Shown in pieces: positions 63,845 through 64,000 of a DNA stretch of 64,000 bases. The position numbers and the translations under genes are program-made. The stretch covers positions 1 to 64,000 of IMG/VR virus record IMGVR_UViG_3300044683_000172, one strand, 5' to 3'. Source of the stretch: a virus. Every line of letters begins with the position of its first letter. The stretch's first letter is position 1. The notes under the pieces are model-generated. The model did no database searches. It was not told the DNA's origin and worked only from the letters and a program-made list of their open reading frames with translations.

Positions 63845-64000
63845 TAGATGCCGGCCATACGGACGACTGCCCACGGACGCTTGCAGAGGACACCGGCCGT
63901 TGCGTTGGCGTAGTCTTCCACGTAGGACTTGGCGCGCTTCTCCACGCCCAGCGTCATGAACTTGGTCTGCACCAGCTGTGCGAACGTTTCGCCGCCATCG
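63845..64000 (-). CDS. C-terminal end of a structural gene (possibly major capsid) running off the window
   Basis: Open reverse-strand frame ending ...MAGI-stop at 63845. Confidence 0.35.

Noticed and set aside
1-64000. Integrase, att site or lysogeny module
   Set aside because: No tyrosine or serine recombinase motifs, CI/Cro-like repressor pair or direct repeats flanking a tRNA were found, so no prophage boundaries are claimed.

Overview
This window reads as about 64 kb of a large tailed dsDNA phage or prophage interior, with a contractile (myovirus-like) tail. The host is probably Gram-negative, because the window carries an overlapping Rz/Rz1-type spanin pair and several lipobox lipoproteins. 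GC is moderately high by eye. No integrase, repressor or clear att site is present. Layout, left to right: (1) head-packaging genes on the minus strand (large terminase, a portal with a C-terminal extension, MuF/SPP1-gp7 head-morphogenesis protein, then a signal-peptide-bearing 608-aa protein). A block of plus-strand cargo genes is inserted between terminase and portal. (2) About 25 small plus-strand early ORFs driven by sigma70-like promoters with a recurring CATAAT -10, including an SPFH/band-7 lipoprotein pair. (3) A 1-kb non-coding, highly structured region with a tRNA-like T-loop. (4) An iteron-like CAACTAT repeat array next to a split primase-polymerase / VirE-D5-like helicase module. 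(5) A long plus-strand DNA-metabolism block: GIY-YIG homing endonuclease, Dda/RecD-like helicase, Lys/Ala/Glu-rich coiled-coil protein, UGM-like flavoprotein, divergent ThyX-like enzyme, HAD phosphatase, MazG, SDR, VOC-like protein, DnaQ-like exonuclease, DnaE-type polymerase, VRR-NUC, SNF2 helicase, gp2.5-like SSB, spanins, MazG, ATP-dependent ligase. (6) Minus-strand lysis and tail genes: M15 endolysin, tail fibre and assembly protein, baseplate I/J/hub, tape measure with SLT domain, tube/sheath with paralog pairs, neck proteins. All functional calls rest on motifs I recognised by eye in the six-frame translations; no database search was run. The candidates I rank highest for novelty are the ThyX-like / HAD / MazG / SDR / flavoprotein nucleotide cluster (possible non-canonical thymidine pathway), the portal with a C-terminal inorganic-pyrophosphatase-like domain, the structured 1-kb ncRNA-like region, and the opposite-strand cargo island inside the packaging module.
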